32,000 nucleotides of DNA from Geotalea daltonii FRC-32. GTDB lineage: Bacteria > Desulfobacterota > Desulfuromonadia > Geobacterales > Geobacteraceae. Positions 16,443 to 25,612 of the stretch are shown here, piece after piece. The translations under genes were made by a program, and so were the position numbers. How positions within the stretch are numbered: position 1 is the first letter of the stretch; every line of letters begins with the position of its first letter. The notes beneath the pieces are model-generated. The model saw only the letters and a program-made list of their open reading frames with translations. It was not told the origin of the DNA and ran no database searches. Location: assembly GCF_000022265.1 (NCBI RefSeq), contig NC_011979.1:4080001-4112000 (forward strand), given 5' to 3'.

Positions 16443-17816
16443 TTATTTGTTTTTGAGTTTCCAGCCTTCCTTGTTGACCTGGGGAGCCCTGGCGATGGCC
16501 AGGGAGTCAGGCGGGACATCTTTCGTGACCGTGGTTCCCGCGGCGATCAAGGAATTGCGGCCGATAGAAACGGGGGCCACGAACTGCACGTCGCTGCCGA
16601 CGAAGACGTCATCTTCGATGACGGTCCGGTGTTTTTTCACCCCGTCATAATTGCAGGTTATGGTTCCGCAACCGATGTTCACATGGCTGCCGATGGTCGC
16701 ATCGCCAAGGTAGGTAAGATGTGATGCCTTGGAGCCCGCGCCCATGATGATCTTCTTGGTTTCAACGAAATTGCCGATCTTGACCTCGTCTCTAAGCTCG
16801 GTACCAGACCGGAGATGCGCCATTGGCCCGATGGCAACCGTGTTGCCTATTACAGAATCCTCCATCACTGAGCCGGCCTTGATCGTCACACAGTCCCCTA
16901 CCTTGCACCCCTTGATCACGGCTGAAGATTCGATGACGCAGTTGTCGCCGATGACGGTGCCGCCGGAGATGCAGACGTTGGGATAAATGGTGGTGTCCCG
17001 GCCGACGACGACCCCATGATCTATGTAAGTTGTCTCGGGATCGATGATGGTTGTGCCTGCCACCATCAATGCCTTATTGATTCTCACCCTTATGATGCGG
17101 CCTGCTTCTGCCAGCTGCACGCGGTCGTTTACTCCCATTACCTCCATCGGATCGGCAATGGGAAAGGCGCAGCAGGTCCGCCTTTCAGCAACGGCAGTTT
17201 TGATGATGTCTGTCAGATAATACTCTTTCTGGGCGTTGTCATTTTTCAGATCGGCGACGGCAGTGAAGAGAAACCCGGCATCAACACAGTAGATGCCTGA
17301 ATTAATCTCGTTTATCTGCCGCTGTTCGGCGCTTGCGTCTTTTTCTTCTACGATTTCCGTCACATGACCCGCTGCGTCTTTGATCACTCTGCCGTAGCCA
17401 TAGGGGTTGTCCATGCAGGTGGTAAGAACGGTAATGACGGCCTGCTGTCGGTAGTGGTATTCGAGGAACGTCTGCAGGGTCTCCGGGGTAATCAACGGCA
17501 CGTCGCCGCACAAAATAAGAATGGCGCCTGTGAAACCTGAAAGAGCCTCACTGCAGCAGGCAACCGCATGCCCGGTGCCCAGTTGCTCCTCCTGGGAGGC
17601 AAAAACGATGTCCCCTTGATCGGCAAAAAATTCCCGTACCTTTTCCGACTGGTGACCGACGACCAGCGTTATGACCGCAGCACCCGCTTCCCGTACCACG
17701 TTGACCGGCCAGGAAATCATCGGCATGCCGGACAGGGGGTGCATGACCTTGACCAGTTCGGATTTCATTCGTGTCCCCTTGCCGGCAGCAAGGACAATTG
17801 CAGCCACTTTTGCCAT
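16443..17816 (-). CDS. glmU: Bifunctional UDP-N-acetylglucosamine diphosphorylase / glucosamine-1-phosphate N-acetyltransferase
   Basis: 457 aa. The N-terminus contains LAAGKGTRMKS. The C-terminal half has left-handed beta-helix hexapeptide repeats. It lies 36 nt upstream of glmS on the same strand. Confidence 0.98.
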   Translation of the reverse strand: MAKVAAIVLAAGKGTRMKSELVKVMHPLSGMPMISWPVNVVREAGAAVITLVVGHQSEKVREFFADQGDIVFASQEEQLGTGHAVACCSEALSGFTGAILILCGDVPLITPETLQTFLEYHYRQQAVITVLTTCMDNPYGYGRVIKDAAGHVTEIVEEKDASAEQRQINEINSGIYCVDAGFLFTAVADLKNDNAQKEYYLTDIIKTAVAERRTCCAFPIADPMEVMGVNDRVQLAEAGRIIRVRINKALMVAGTTIIDPETTYIDHGVVVGRDTTIYPNVCISGGTVIGDNCVIESSAVIKGCKVGDCVTIKAGSVMEDSVIGNTVAIGPMAHLRSGTELRDEVKIGNFVETKKIIMGAGSKASHLTYLGDATIGSHVNIGCGTITCNYDGVKKHRTVIEDDVFVGSDVQFVAPVSIGRNSLIAAGTTVTKDVPPDSLAIARAPQVNKEGWKLKNK

Positions 17817-17896
17817 TGAAAGGCCTCCAGTTGAGACTTCATAAGTAAAGTACCTCTTCTAACAAATAAGCCACTGCTTCGTCAATATATTAACTG

Positions 17897-17948
17897 GTTT
17901 CCATCCGGAAACTCCGGATGAGAAACTAAGTGGTTTCCGATTCGGAAA
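17897..17948. promoter_or_regulatory. Cluster of perfect palindromes in the glmU / 18195-gene divergent intergenic region
   Basis: Three palindromes are present: GTTTCC-ATCC-GGAAAC (17897-17912), CATCCGGA-AAC-TCCGGATG (17902-17920) and TTTCCG-ATT-CGGAAA (17934-17948). Function is unknown. Confidence 0.3.
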
Positions 17949-18058
17949 GAGGGGATTTTTTGTTCTGGCAAGGAAATCAAGGGCTTGCGCGGAGACATAC
18001 ATCGGTACGTCGCACAAGTAAGCCCGCAGATTGACGCCGCCAGGGCAGAAAAGAACCC

Positions 18059-18080
18059 TTTCCGGATGGAAACTAACTGG
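18059..18080. promoter_or_regulatory. Second copy of the intergenic motif
   Basis: TTTCCGGATGGAAAC (18059-18073) is the exact reverse complement of 17897-17911. TCCGGATGGAAACTAACTGG (18061-18080) is a direct repeat of TCCGGATGAGAAACTAAGTGG (17913-17933), with one indel and one mismatch. Confidence 0.3.
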
Positions 18081-18194
18081 GAAGGGATGACTTGTCATAA
18101 GAACAGTATCCCCCGTGAATCGATGTCCGGATACTCTTGGTTTTCCCTTTACAGAATCAATATCTTGCAGTTATATTTAAGCTTCGGAGGGAAC

Positions 18195-18737
18195 ATGGGG
18201 ATACCTGAAGATCTGTTATTTTTCGAACAGAGCCTGCATGATCTGGTTACAAAGTATGAACAATTTTTCCTTGGTCTGGAAAAACGTGAACCCCTGAAAC
18301 TTCTGGACACTGTCGAAAGAGCCTGCCGAAAATACGCCAACACCAACATCTCCAACACGATGCTCAAGTTCAGGTATAATTCCCTGGTTGCGTCCTTTAA
18401 CACCCACAAACAGAAATGGACCAGGATCAACCGCCTGATAGAGGAAGGAAAGTACTCCCGTGACCGCTTCAAAATGGCTATGCACTCTGAACATCCGGAC
18501 AAGAAACAGCCCCGTGAAGCGAAGGGCGACACCAAGGTAAACGAACTGTACAGGGAATTTGTGGAAGCACGCAAGGCCTGTAATCTGCCGACAAGCAGCA
18601 TCACCCCCGACATGATCTCCGCGGCCATCGAAAAACAGAAGCCCCTGATTTCTTCAAAGTATAACTGCAACAGTGTTGAATTCAAGGTCGTCATCGAGGA
18701 CGGCAAGCCAAAAATAAAAGCCCGGCCCAAGCAGTGA
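18195..18737 (+). CDS. Conserved hypothetical protein (180 aa); possibly the deltaproteobacterial MXAN_5187 C-terminal-domain family, from memory only
   Basis: The track ORF 17985-18737 is probably over-extended. An in-frame ATG at 18195 is preceded by GGAGGG (18187-18192). The product reads MGIPEDLLFFEQSLHDLVTKYEQFFLGLEKREP... Confidence 0.7.
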   Translation: MGIPEDLLFFEQSLHDLVTKYEQFFLGLEKREPLKLLDTVERACRKYANTNISNTMLKFRYNSLVASFNTHKQKWTRINRLIEEGKYSRDRFKMAMHSEHPDKKQPREAKGDTKVNELYREFVEARKACNLPTSSITPDMISAAIEKQKPLISSKYNCNSVEFKVVIEDGKPKIKARPKQ

Positions 18738-18786
18738 TGATCGAAATTCCCATTCCACCTGATACCGTTATGCATCGGAGCTTCCT

Positions 18787-20661
18787 GTGCATGTAGTCCT
18801 GGCCTCCATCCACCCCTTTCCATCCCCCCAGGCGGTCCCTCTTGCCGCTGCCTGTCTGAAGGCAGCCCTGGACCGTGAGAAAGGACTCTCTGGCAAGATT
18901 TCCGTATCCCTCACCGCTACGTTTATCGGTACACCCCAAGAACAATTCATCGAAGACATCCTCAAGCTGGACCCTGACGCGGTAGGATTCTCCATGTACG
19001 TCTGGAATCGCAACGAGTGCCTCGGTATCGTCTCTGCGCTACGGCAGCTGATGCCACGATTGACGCTTTTTGCCGGGGGACCCGAGGCTACTGCCGATAC
19101 GGAGAGATTACTTGCCTCTTCCACGCTTGATTTTATCGTCGTCGGAGAAGGAGAATCCACATTCGTCGATGTCATGTCACGGATGACCCAGGGCAGCTCA
19201 CTTGCCGGAATCGAAGGCCTTGCCCGTGCGCAGCAAGAAGGCTTCCAGTCCTTTCCCCGGCACCCTGAGCCGGACCTGGATCAACTACCTTCACCATATT
19301 TATCGGGGGTCCTCGTTCCAAGCGAAGGGGATGGGGTATTATGGGAACTCTCCCGTGGCTGCAACTTTGCCTGCGAATTCTGCTTCGACCACAAAGGGGG
19401 CGTCGGCGTTAGGCATTTCTCCCTTGAGAGGATAACGCAAGAGCTGAATTTCCTTGTCAAGAGGAAGGTTGCCCAGGTCTTCGTTCTTGATTCCACCTTC
19501 AATCAGGATATGAAGCGGGCAAAAAAAATACTGCGCCTGATCAAAAAGGTGGCACCCCACATCCATTTCCACTTCGAGGTGAGAAGTGAGTTTATTGATG
19601 CGGAACTGGCGAGACTGTTCGCTGAAATCACCTGCTCTCTGCAGATAGGGCTGCAAAGCGCGGACCCGCTTGTACTGCGTAACGTGGGAAGAGTATTCAA
19701 CCGGCAGGACTTCAGCATCAAGATCGGCATGCTGAACAATGTCGGAGCAATCTTCGGCTTCGATCTGATCTACGGGCTACCCGGCGACAGCTTGGCCGGC
19801 TTCAGGCAAAGTCTTGATTTTGCCCTGTCCCTATATCCCAATCACCTGGATATCTTCCCCCTCGCGGTACTGCCCGGAACCCGTCTGGCCGAGCGGGCTG
19901 AGGAACTTGGGCTTGCCTGGCAAAGATCCGCGCCCTACACAGTTGCCTCATCTCCGACCTTTTCCGCGGCAGATATGGAGATTGCCCGAAGACTGGCCGC
20001 CGCCTGCGATATTTTCTACAGCAGGGGGAAAGCGGTAGCCTGGTTCAACTCGGTGCTTCAGTCTCTTCATCTCAGACCGGCTGCCTTGCTGGAATCTTTC
20101 ATGCTTTGGCTTAGCGAACAAAAAATTACGGTGACCGGTGAAGATCAATTGAGTGACGGGCAGATCCTGCAGATGCAACGCCGGTTCCTGCAATATCTTT
20201 TCACCGGGAAAAAAAGAGCTCAACTGATCCCGCTGGTTCATGACCTGGTGGATTTTCACTACTACTATGCATCAGCTCTTCTTTCTCCTCTGCCCGACCT
20301 CCCCACCGACAGGGAACTGGAGCACACCGATCTGCTCCGCGAGCCGCTCACCCTTTCCTCCTCCGCTATTCTTGCCAGATTCAATTTCGAGATAATCGAT
20401 ATTCTGGAGGCAGGGGAAATCGACCTGCGTGAATTTGCCGGCTGTTTCAAGCCCAGCGGGTCCTTCGCCGTCATATACCCACGGGCGGACGACGTTTTCA
20501 CCGAGTCACTGATTGAGCCTTATTACCTGCTACTGCAACGCCTTGGTTGCGGAAAGCCCGCCGGCGAAATCCTGACAGATATCGGACTTGCGGCTGAGGA
20601 AGCAAGCTCCTTTCTCGAGTTCGCGGCAGCAGAGGGTATTGTGACAATCAGTGGGAAATGA
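18787..20661 (+). CDS. B12-binding-domain radical SAM protein
   Basis: 624 aa with a GTG start. The N-terminal region is a B12-binding-like Rossmann segment. The radical SAM cluster motif is present in LSRGCNFACEFCFD (CxxxCxxC). A long C-terminal extension follows. Confidence 0.88.
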   Translation: MHVVLASIHPFPSPQAVPLAAACLKAALDREKGLSGKISVSLTATFIGTPQEQFIEDILKLDPDAVGFSMYVWNRNECLGIVSALRQLMPRLTLFAGGPEATADTERLLASSTLDFIVVGEGESTFVDVMSRMTQGSSLAGIEGLARAQQEGFQSFPRHPEPDLDQLPSPYLSGVLVPSEGDGVLWELSRGCNFACEFCFDHKGGVGVRHFSLERITQELNFLVKRKVAQVFVLDSTFNQDMKRAKKILRLIKKVAPHIHFHFEVRSEFIDAELARLFAEITCSLQIGLQSADPLVLRNVGRVFNRQDFSIKIGMLNNVGAIFGFDLIYGLPGDSLAGFRQSLDFALSLYPNHLDIFPLAVLPGTRLAERAEELGLAWQRSAPYTVASSPTFSAADMEIARRLAAACDIFYSRGKAVAWFNSVLQSLHLRPAALLESFMLWLSEQKITVTGEDQLSDGQILQMQRRFLQYLFTGKKRAQLIPLVHDLVDFHYYYASALLSPLPDLPTDRELEHTDLLREPLTLSSSAILARFNFEIIDILEAGEIDLREFAGCFKPSGSFAVIYPRADDVFTESLIEPYYLLLQRLGCGKPAGEILTDIGLAAEEASSFLEFAAAEGIVTISGK

Positions 20662-20885
20662 GGCGTTAATTCCCAGAAGCCTTTCCGGCAGGAACACATG
20701 AGCAATAGTTGTGTATATTGTATACTTTTTTCCTGTTGCTTTTTAATCTTCCCCATATTAGTATCCGGTCATTTGCTATGAGTGCCTTGCCATCAGCCTA
20801 TTTAACTTAGCAAAACCTCATTAATTGAACACAGCAGGCTATTCGCGTTCTAAGACGCTTACTTTGTCGTATGGAGGTTGTTTTC

Positions 20886-22742
20886 ATGTTTCAGATCGTA
20901 ACCAGATTGCTTCCTGCCCTGTTGCTGCTTTTGGCTTTTGTCGGGCCGACTGCTGCCGAGCAGGGGATGGCCATTGACCCGGCCACCTGCCTTGGCTGCC
21001 ACAGTAACAAGATTTCCGCTGCCGCCTTTGCTGCGTCAGTCCATGGTAAAAATGCTTGTACCAGCTGTCACGTGGAGATCACCGATCTTGCCAGGCATAT
21101 GCGGGGCGAGACCAAGATCGCCAAGGTCCATTGCGAGCGTTGCCACAAAAAGGAGAATGCAGAACATTACAACAGCGTCCACGTCCAGAACGATGTGAAA
21201 TGTGCCGACTGCCACACCGACATCCACACCCATACTTACTGGAAGAAGGACAAACGCATTGTTGTCGCGAAGTGCATACAGTGTCATGAAAAACAGGCTG
21301 TCTTCCAGCAATCCGTTCACGGCAAGGCCGTTGCAGCAGGCAACCAGGATTCTGCAGCCTGCAACGACTGCCACAACCTCCATGACATCAAGCCCCTGGG
21401 AGATCCCAAATCCCACACCAACCGCGAATTCCACACCAAAGTGTGCATGAAGTGCCATAGCGACGAGAAGATGATGGAACGTAACGGCGTCTTCAACGTC
21501 GCTGTAAAGACTTACATGGAAAGCTACCATGGCAAGAACTACCGGCTCGGTTTCCCTGAGAAGGTCGCCGGCTGTGCAGACTGCCATACTGCTCATATGG
21601 TGCTTCCTGCCAAAGACGCCAATTCAAGCGTCAACCCGCAGAACCTGGTAGTAACCTGCGCCCAGTGCCATAAAAATGCTACAGCGCTCTTTACCAAGTT
21701 CTATGCCCATGGCGAGCACACCGACCGGGAGAAATATCCCATCCTCTTTTACACCTTCATTGCCATGACCGGCCTGCTGGTGGGCACCTTTGCCGTATTC
21801 TGGCTCCACTCGCTGCTCTGGATGTTCCGCGGCTTTGTGGAGAACAGGGAAAAGGCACAGGCCCTCATGGAAGGTCACGTCGGACATGTCGTAGCCGATG
21901 GACATGCCGTTTACCGTCGCTTCCAGAGACGGCACATTTTCCTCCACCTCCTGGTGATCATCAGCTTCCTCGGTCTTTCGCTGACCGGCCTGCCGCTCAA
22001 GTTCAGCGACCAGGTCTGGGCCAAGATGTTCATGGAGCTTATAGGTGGATCGGCCAAAGCCGGCTTTATCCACAGGATCTGTGCAGGCATTACCTTTGTC
22101 TATTTCGCCAGCGCTATTGCCCTTAGCATCCATTTCCTCTTCATCCGCAAGGACTTGAAGGGCAACTTCCTGCAGAGGATGTTCGGACCCGACTCATTGA
22201 TGCCCAACTTCAGGGATATCAAGGACGTCACCGGCATGGTCCGCTGGTTCCTGTTCCGGGGACCGAAGCCGACGTTCGAACGCTGGACATACTGGGAAAA
22301 ATTCGACTTCATCGCCGTCTTCTGGGGTATGTTTGCCATCGGCGGTTCGGGCCTGATGCTGTGGTTCCCGGAGATATTCGGCTATTTCCTGCCAGGCTGG
22401 GCTTTCAACGTGGCAACCATCGTCCATTCCGACGAAGCACTGCTGGCCACCGGGTTCATCTTCACCGTCCACTTCTTCAACACCCATGGCCGGCCGGAGA
22501 AGTTCCCCATGGACTTCGTCATCTTCAACGGACAGTTGCCCAAGCATGAGTTCCTTGAGGAACGTGGGGACCAGTGGAAACGTTACGAGGAGCAGGGAAT
22601 CACCGAGAAGTTCAGGGCCAAGCGCACCAGCGGGATCGCCTATGATTTCATCGTCAAGGCCTTCGGCTTCACAGCCGTAATTACCGGGCTTACCCTTGTC
22701 GTTCTCATGCTGTTCGCCTTCCTTGCCGGGGGATCCCACTAG
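20886..22742 (+). CDS. cbcL: Inner-membrane multiheme c-type cytochrome fused to a b-type cytochrome membrane domain (CbcL-like)
   Basis: Nine CXXCH motifs are present: CLGCH, CTSCH, CERCH, CADCH, CIQCH, CNDCH, CMKCH, CADCH and CAQCH. They follow a signal/anchor helix. About six transmembrane helices with conserved His residues come after them. The preferred start is the ATG at 20886, 8 nt after GGAGG (20873-20877); the track ORF starts at 20871. Confidence 0.85.
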   Translation: MFQIVTRLLPALLLLLAFVGPTAAEQGMAIDPATCLGCHSNKISAAAFAASVHGKNACTSCHVEITDLARHMRGETKIAKVHCERCHKKENAEHYNSVHVQNDVKCADCHTDIHTHTYWKKDKRIVVAKCIQCHEKQAVFQQSVHGKAVAAGNQDSAACNDCHNLHDIKPLGDPKSHTNREFHTKVCMKCHSDEKMMERNGVFNVAVKTYMESYHGKNYRLGFPEKVAGCADCHTAHMVLPAKDANSSVNPQNLVVTCAQCHKNATALFTKFYAHGEHTDREKYPILFYTFIAMTGLLVGTFAVFWLHSLLWMFRGFVENREKAQALMEGHVGHVVADGHAVYRRFQRRHIFLHLLVIISFLGLSLTGLPLKFSDQVWAKMFMELIGGSAKAGFIHRICAGITFVYFASAIALSIHFLFIRKDLKGNFLQRMFGPDSLMPNFRDIKDVTGMVRWFLFRGPKPTFERWTYWEKFDFIAVFWGMFAIGGSGLMLWFPEIFGYFLPGWAFNVATIVHSDEALLATGFIFTVHFFNTHGRPEKFPMDFVIFNGQLPKHEFLEERGDQWKRYEEQGITEKFRAKRTSGIAYDFIVKAFGFTAVITGLTLVVLMLFAFLAGGSH

Positions 22743-22762
22743 GATTCCATTGAAAGAAACAA

Positions 22763-22803
22763 GAAAAAAAGAGGGCTGCCGAAATGGCAGCCCTCTTTTT
22801 TTC
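22763..22803. terminator. Bidirectional Rho-independent terminator between the convergent cbcL-like and modC genes
   Basis: The stem is AGAGGGCTGCC (22770-22780) pairing with GGCAGCCCTCT (22786-22796). It is flanked by an A-run on the left and a T-run on the right. Confidence 0.85.
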
Positions 22804-22828
22804 TGTACCTAATGATCGAACATGCCGT

Positions 22829-23884
22829 CTACTCCAGCTTTCTGAAAGAAGCAGCCTTGATTGCAGCAAACACCTCGCATCCCGGCACAATCCCCAGTTC
22901 CTCGGCCGCTTCGGCTACAACTTCGGATACCAGGCGTCCCGACCCGCAGGCGAGCTCAACCCCCACCGTATTCCCCGAAGAAAAAGTCTTGACGACCAGA
23001 CATTTCAGCAGGTTCCTGGCACTAATGGCTTCCGGATGCTTCTTGAAGATGATGATGTCTTTGGATGAGAGTTCGAATAAGGACGCAGACTCAACACTCC
23101 CTGCGGAAACGAAAAGCTCCGTTTCTCCCCACCGGTAGGCATGGATGCCGCCGGCCTGCCGTGGGTCTTCAAGCCTGAGCAGATTGATGTATCCCACCTG
23201 GCTGTAGCCCATACGTGCTCTGGCCAACTCATCGGGGGTCGTGCGCTCAAGGATCCTGCCCCGTTCAACGGGCAGGACCTGATCCACCATCAGCCTCATT
23301 TCTATCAGCGAATGGGAGATGAAAAGATAGGGAATGCCGAACTCGACGCTGACACTTTTCAGGTAAGGAATGATCTGAAATTTGAGCCCATCGTCCAGGG
23401 CAGAGAGGGGTTCGTCCATGAGCAGCAGTGCGGGATTGGCCAAAACCGCCCTTCCCAGGGCCACCCGCTGTTTTTCGCCCCCCGAGAGATTGTTCACACC
23501 CCGCTCCAGCAGGCCGTCAAGCATGAGGACTTCCGTCAGAACAGCAAAGTCGATGGTTCGATGCTCGGGGGCACAGCGCTTGAAACCGTAGAGCAGATTG
23601 GACCTGACATCCAGGTGGGGGAAGAGGCATGGCTGCTGGAAAACGACTGCAATCCGCCTTTTTTCGGGCGGTACACATATTCCCCTTCGACTGCTGTAAA
23701 GGCAATGGCCATCGAGGCATATTTCACCCGCATCGGGACTATGCAAGCCGGCAATGAGAGAAGCCAGGGTGGACTTGCCCCCTCCCGATTGGCCGAAAAT
23801 GCCGATCCGGTCGCCGGAGACGGTGAAATCGGCCTCAAGGGTAAAGCCTGCAAAATTCTTTTTTGCCTGCACGGACAATTCCAT
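22829..23884 (-). CDS. modC: Molybdate ABC transporter ATP-binding protein with a C-terminal TOBE/Mop-type domain
   Basis: 351 aa. Walker A is GQSGGGKST, the ABC signature is LSGGEKQR, and Walker B is LLLMDEP. It lies directly downstream of modB. Confidence 0.92.
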   Translation of the reverse strand: MELSVQAKKNFAGFTLEADFTVSGDRIGIFGQSGGGKSTLASLIAGLHSPDAGEICLDGHCLYSSRRGICVPPEKRRIAVVFQQPCLFPHLDVRSNLLYGFKRCAPEHRTIDFAVLTEVLMLDGLLERGVNNLSGGEKQRVALGRAVLANPALLLMDEPLSALDDGLKFQIIPYLKSVSVEFGIPYLFISHSLIEMRLMVDQVLPVERGRILERTTPDELARARMGYSQVGYINLLRLEDPRQAGGIHAYRWGETELFVSAGSVESASLFELSSKDIIIFKKHPEAISARNLLKCLVVKTFSSGNTVGVELACGSGRLVSEVVAEAAEELGIVPGCEVFAAIKAASFRKLE

Positions 23885-23887
23885 GCT

Positions 23888-24571
23888 TCACCCCCTCTTG
23901 GCCAGCTTGATGCTGATGAATTCATGTAAGAGGAGCACAACCGCCGACATGAGGATGGAGATGACACAAAGGGATATGGCCATAGCCTCACTGGCCGGGG
24001 AGCTTGCATAATCATAAATGGCAAGGGGAATTGTCTGGGTGACTCCGGGGATGTTGCCGGCGACGATGATAGTGGCGCCGAATTCGCCAAGGCTGCGGGC
24101 AAACATCAGCAGTGAGCCGGCAACCACTCCAGGCAGCGAAAGGGGCAGAATGATGGTGAGAAAGGTATCGTGCCTGCTCGCCCCAAGGGTGCGGGATGCC
24201 TGAATGAGCTGATAATCGATATGCTCCATGCTCAGGCGCACCGCACGGACCAGCAGGGGGAAGCCGACAACTGCCGAGGCAATTACAGCCGCTTTCCAGG
24301 TAAATATTATCCTTATTCCCAGCTGATCAAGGAAAGATCCGATCCAGCCGTTCTTGCCCAGCACCAACAGCAGCAAATAACCGATCACCACCGGGGGCAA
24401 GGTCAGGGGGAGATTGACCAGGACCTCCAGCAGCAGCTTCCCCCTGAAGGCGGTAAAGCTCATGACATAGGCGAAGCCAATGCCGAAGGGCAGAGAAAGT
24501 GCCGTGGCGGCCAGCGCTACCTTTGTCGACAGGTAGATAGCCTCATAATCTGGTGGAGTAAGTGATGTCAT
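23888..24571 (-). CDS. modB: Molybdate ABC transporter permease
   Basis: 227 aa, polytopic. The EAA-type loop reads ASRTLGASRHDTFLTIILP. It sits between modA and modC. Confidence 0.92.
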   Translation of the reverse strand: MTSLTPPDYEAIYLSTKVALAATALSLPFGIGFAYVMSFTAFRGKLLLEVLVNLPLTLPPVVIGYLLLLVLGKNGWIGSFLDQLGIRIIFTWKAAVIASAVVGFPLLVRAVRLSMEHIDYQLIQASRTLGASRHDTFLTIILPLSLPGVVAGSLLMFARSLGEFGATIIVAGNIPGVTQTIPLAIYDYASSPASEAMAISLCVISILMSAVVLLLHEFISIKLAKRG

Positions 24572-24604
24572 CCCATGTCTCTCGTCACAGCTGTTGCGTA
24601 ATTG

Positions 24605-25336
24605 CTATCTTAACGTGAAACCTTTCTTGAGCAAGACTGCCTGTGCCTCCGCACCTTTCAGATAATTATAGAAAGATACGGCCTCAGGATTCTTGCTGCC
24701 GGTGCCAGTCAGTCCCATCCTGTAGACAATTTTCGGATAAAGATCAGCCGGCACGGTAAAAAGAACCTTTGCCCGTTTTGCCTGCAAGGCCTCAGTCATG
24801 TACACAAACCCGCCGTCCACTTCGCCTCGCTCCAGGTAGAGAAGGCATTCCCGCACATCTTTCGCCATGACCAGTCTTTTTGCAACACCTTTTTCCATAT
24901 TGGCGGATCTGAGGGCGGCCATGGCGTACTCGCCGACAGGTACACTTTTGGGATTGCCGATGCCGATCTTTTGCAGCAAGGCAATGTCCTTCAGTGATTT
25001 GATCCGCTTGTCGGTCTTGCCGGCGAAAACGAGCTCATTGCCAGCAAAAGTGACAACACTGGCGGTCGCCATAAGCCCTTTGCCGACAAGGTAGTCCATC
25101 CAGTGGCTGTCTGCAGAAATAAAGAGGTCTGCAGGCGCACCATTTTCAATTTGCCTGGCAAGAGTCCCGGAGGCACCTGCATTCTTATACAGGGTAATAT
25201 TCCTGTTGTTTCTGCTGAAGCTGCCGGAAAGTTCGTTGACGACTTCCTTCAGGCTGGCGGCAACAGACAGGTAAACTTGCCCTGCAGAAGCAGATGTTGC
25301 CCACAGCAGCACAAAAAGTATGATCAGCCGCTTCAT
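24605..25336 (-). CDS. modA: Molybdate ABC transporter periplasmic substrate-binding protein
   Basis: 243 aa with a signal peptide (MKRLIILFVLLWATSASA). ModA-like motifs are present: AASLKEV, GASGTLARQIENGAPADLFISAD and NPKSVPVGEYA. Confidence 0.9.
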   Translation of the reverse strand: MKRLIILFVLLWATSASAGQVYLSVAASLKEVVNELSGSFSRNNRNITLYKNAGASGTLARQIENGAPADLFISADSHWMDYLVGKGLMATASVVTFAGNELVFAGKTDKRIKSLKDIALLQKIGIGNPKSVPVGEYAMAALRSANMEKGVAKRLVMAKDVRECLLYLERGEVDGGFVYMTEALQAKRAKVLFTVPADLYPKIVYRMGLTGTGSKNPEAVSFYNYLKGAEAQAVLLKKGFTLR

Positions 25337-25612
25337 TGTCGGCTCCTTTCTGCTGAAAAGCAGCAGTGATTTATTTCAGCCGGCCATCACGGCGAAAGTG
25401 ATGCAGCTACTATGCCTTTTCGATTTACCCGGTCCCCTTGCCTTCTCACAAGATTCCGATTTCTGTAGTCCCCGTACAACAGGCGTGTGGACACCTCTGC
25501 CGACAAGGTACCAATCTGAAGGGATACCCCATCCTGTACAACGGCAATGGCAGATGCCTAATAAAGCGGCAAAAACCCTTGATACTGCTGGCGCCAGTCC
25601 CGCCGTGTTTAT
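25337..25612 (-). promoter_or_regulatory. Long (276-nt) structured leader/intergenic region upstream of modA; possible riboregulator
   Basis: On the minus-strand RNA, GCUGAAA...UUUCAGC and CUGCUG-CUUUU-CAGCAG are mutually exclusive hairpins. They end 1 nt before the RBS-containing AAAGGAGCC, which lies 4 nt before the AUG. A further hairpin is CAUCAC-UUUCGCC-GUGAUG. No riboswitch class is confirmed. Confidence 0.25.

Noticed and set aside
17985-18194. N-terminal extensions of track ORFs (17985-18737, 28509-30134, 30308-30736, 20871-22742)
   Set aside because: The extensions overlap upstream genes or promoter regions and lack an RBS. Internal in-frame ATGs with good Shine-Dalgarno sequences give N-termini typical of the families (REC domain MTVPGKFPILLVDDEEE, signal anchor MFQIVTRLLPALLLLL).
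18149-20756. Minus-strand ORFs overlapping the 18195 gene and the radical SAM gene (18149-18823 at 224 aa, 18768-19175, 19948-20259 and others)
   Set aside because: The plus-strand frames carry the recognisable motifs (the CxxxCxxC radical SAM cluster and the conserved FFLGLEKREP segment). The antisense products have no features.
20662-20885. GEMM-type cyclic-dinucleotide riboswitch upstream of the cytochrome gene (common in Geobacter)
   Set aside because: I could not find the conserved GEMM-I stems or the GCAAA/GGCAAACC-like elements in this 224-nt region. An Rfam scan is still worthwhile.
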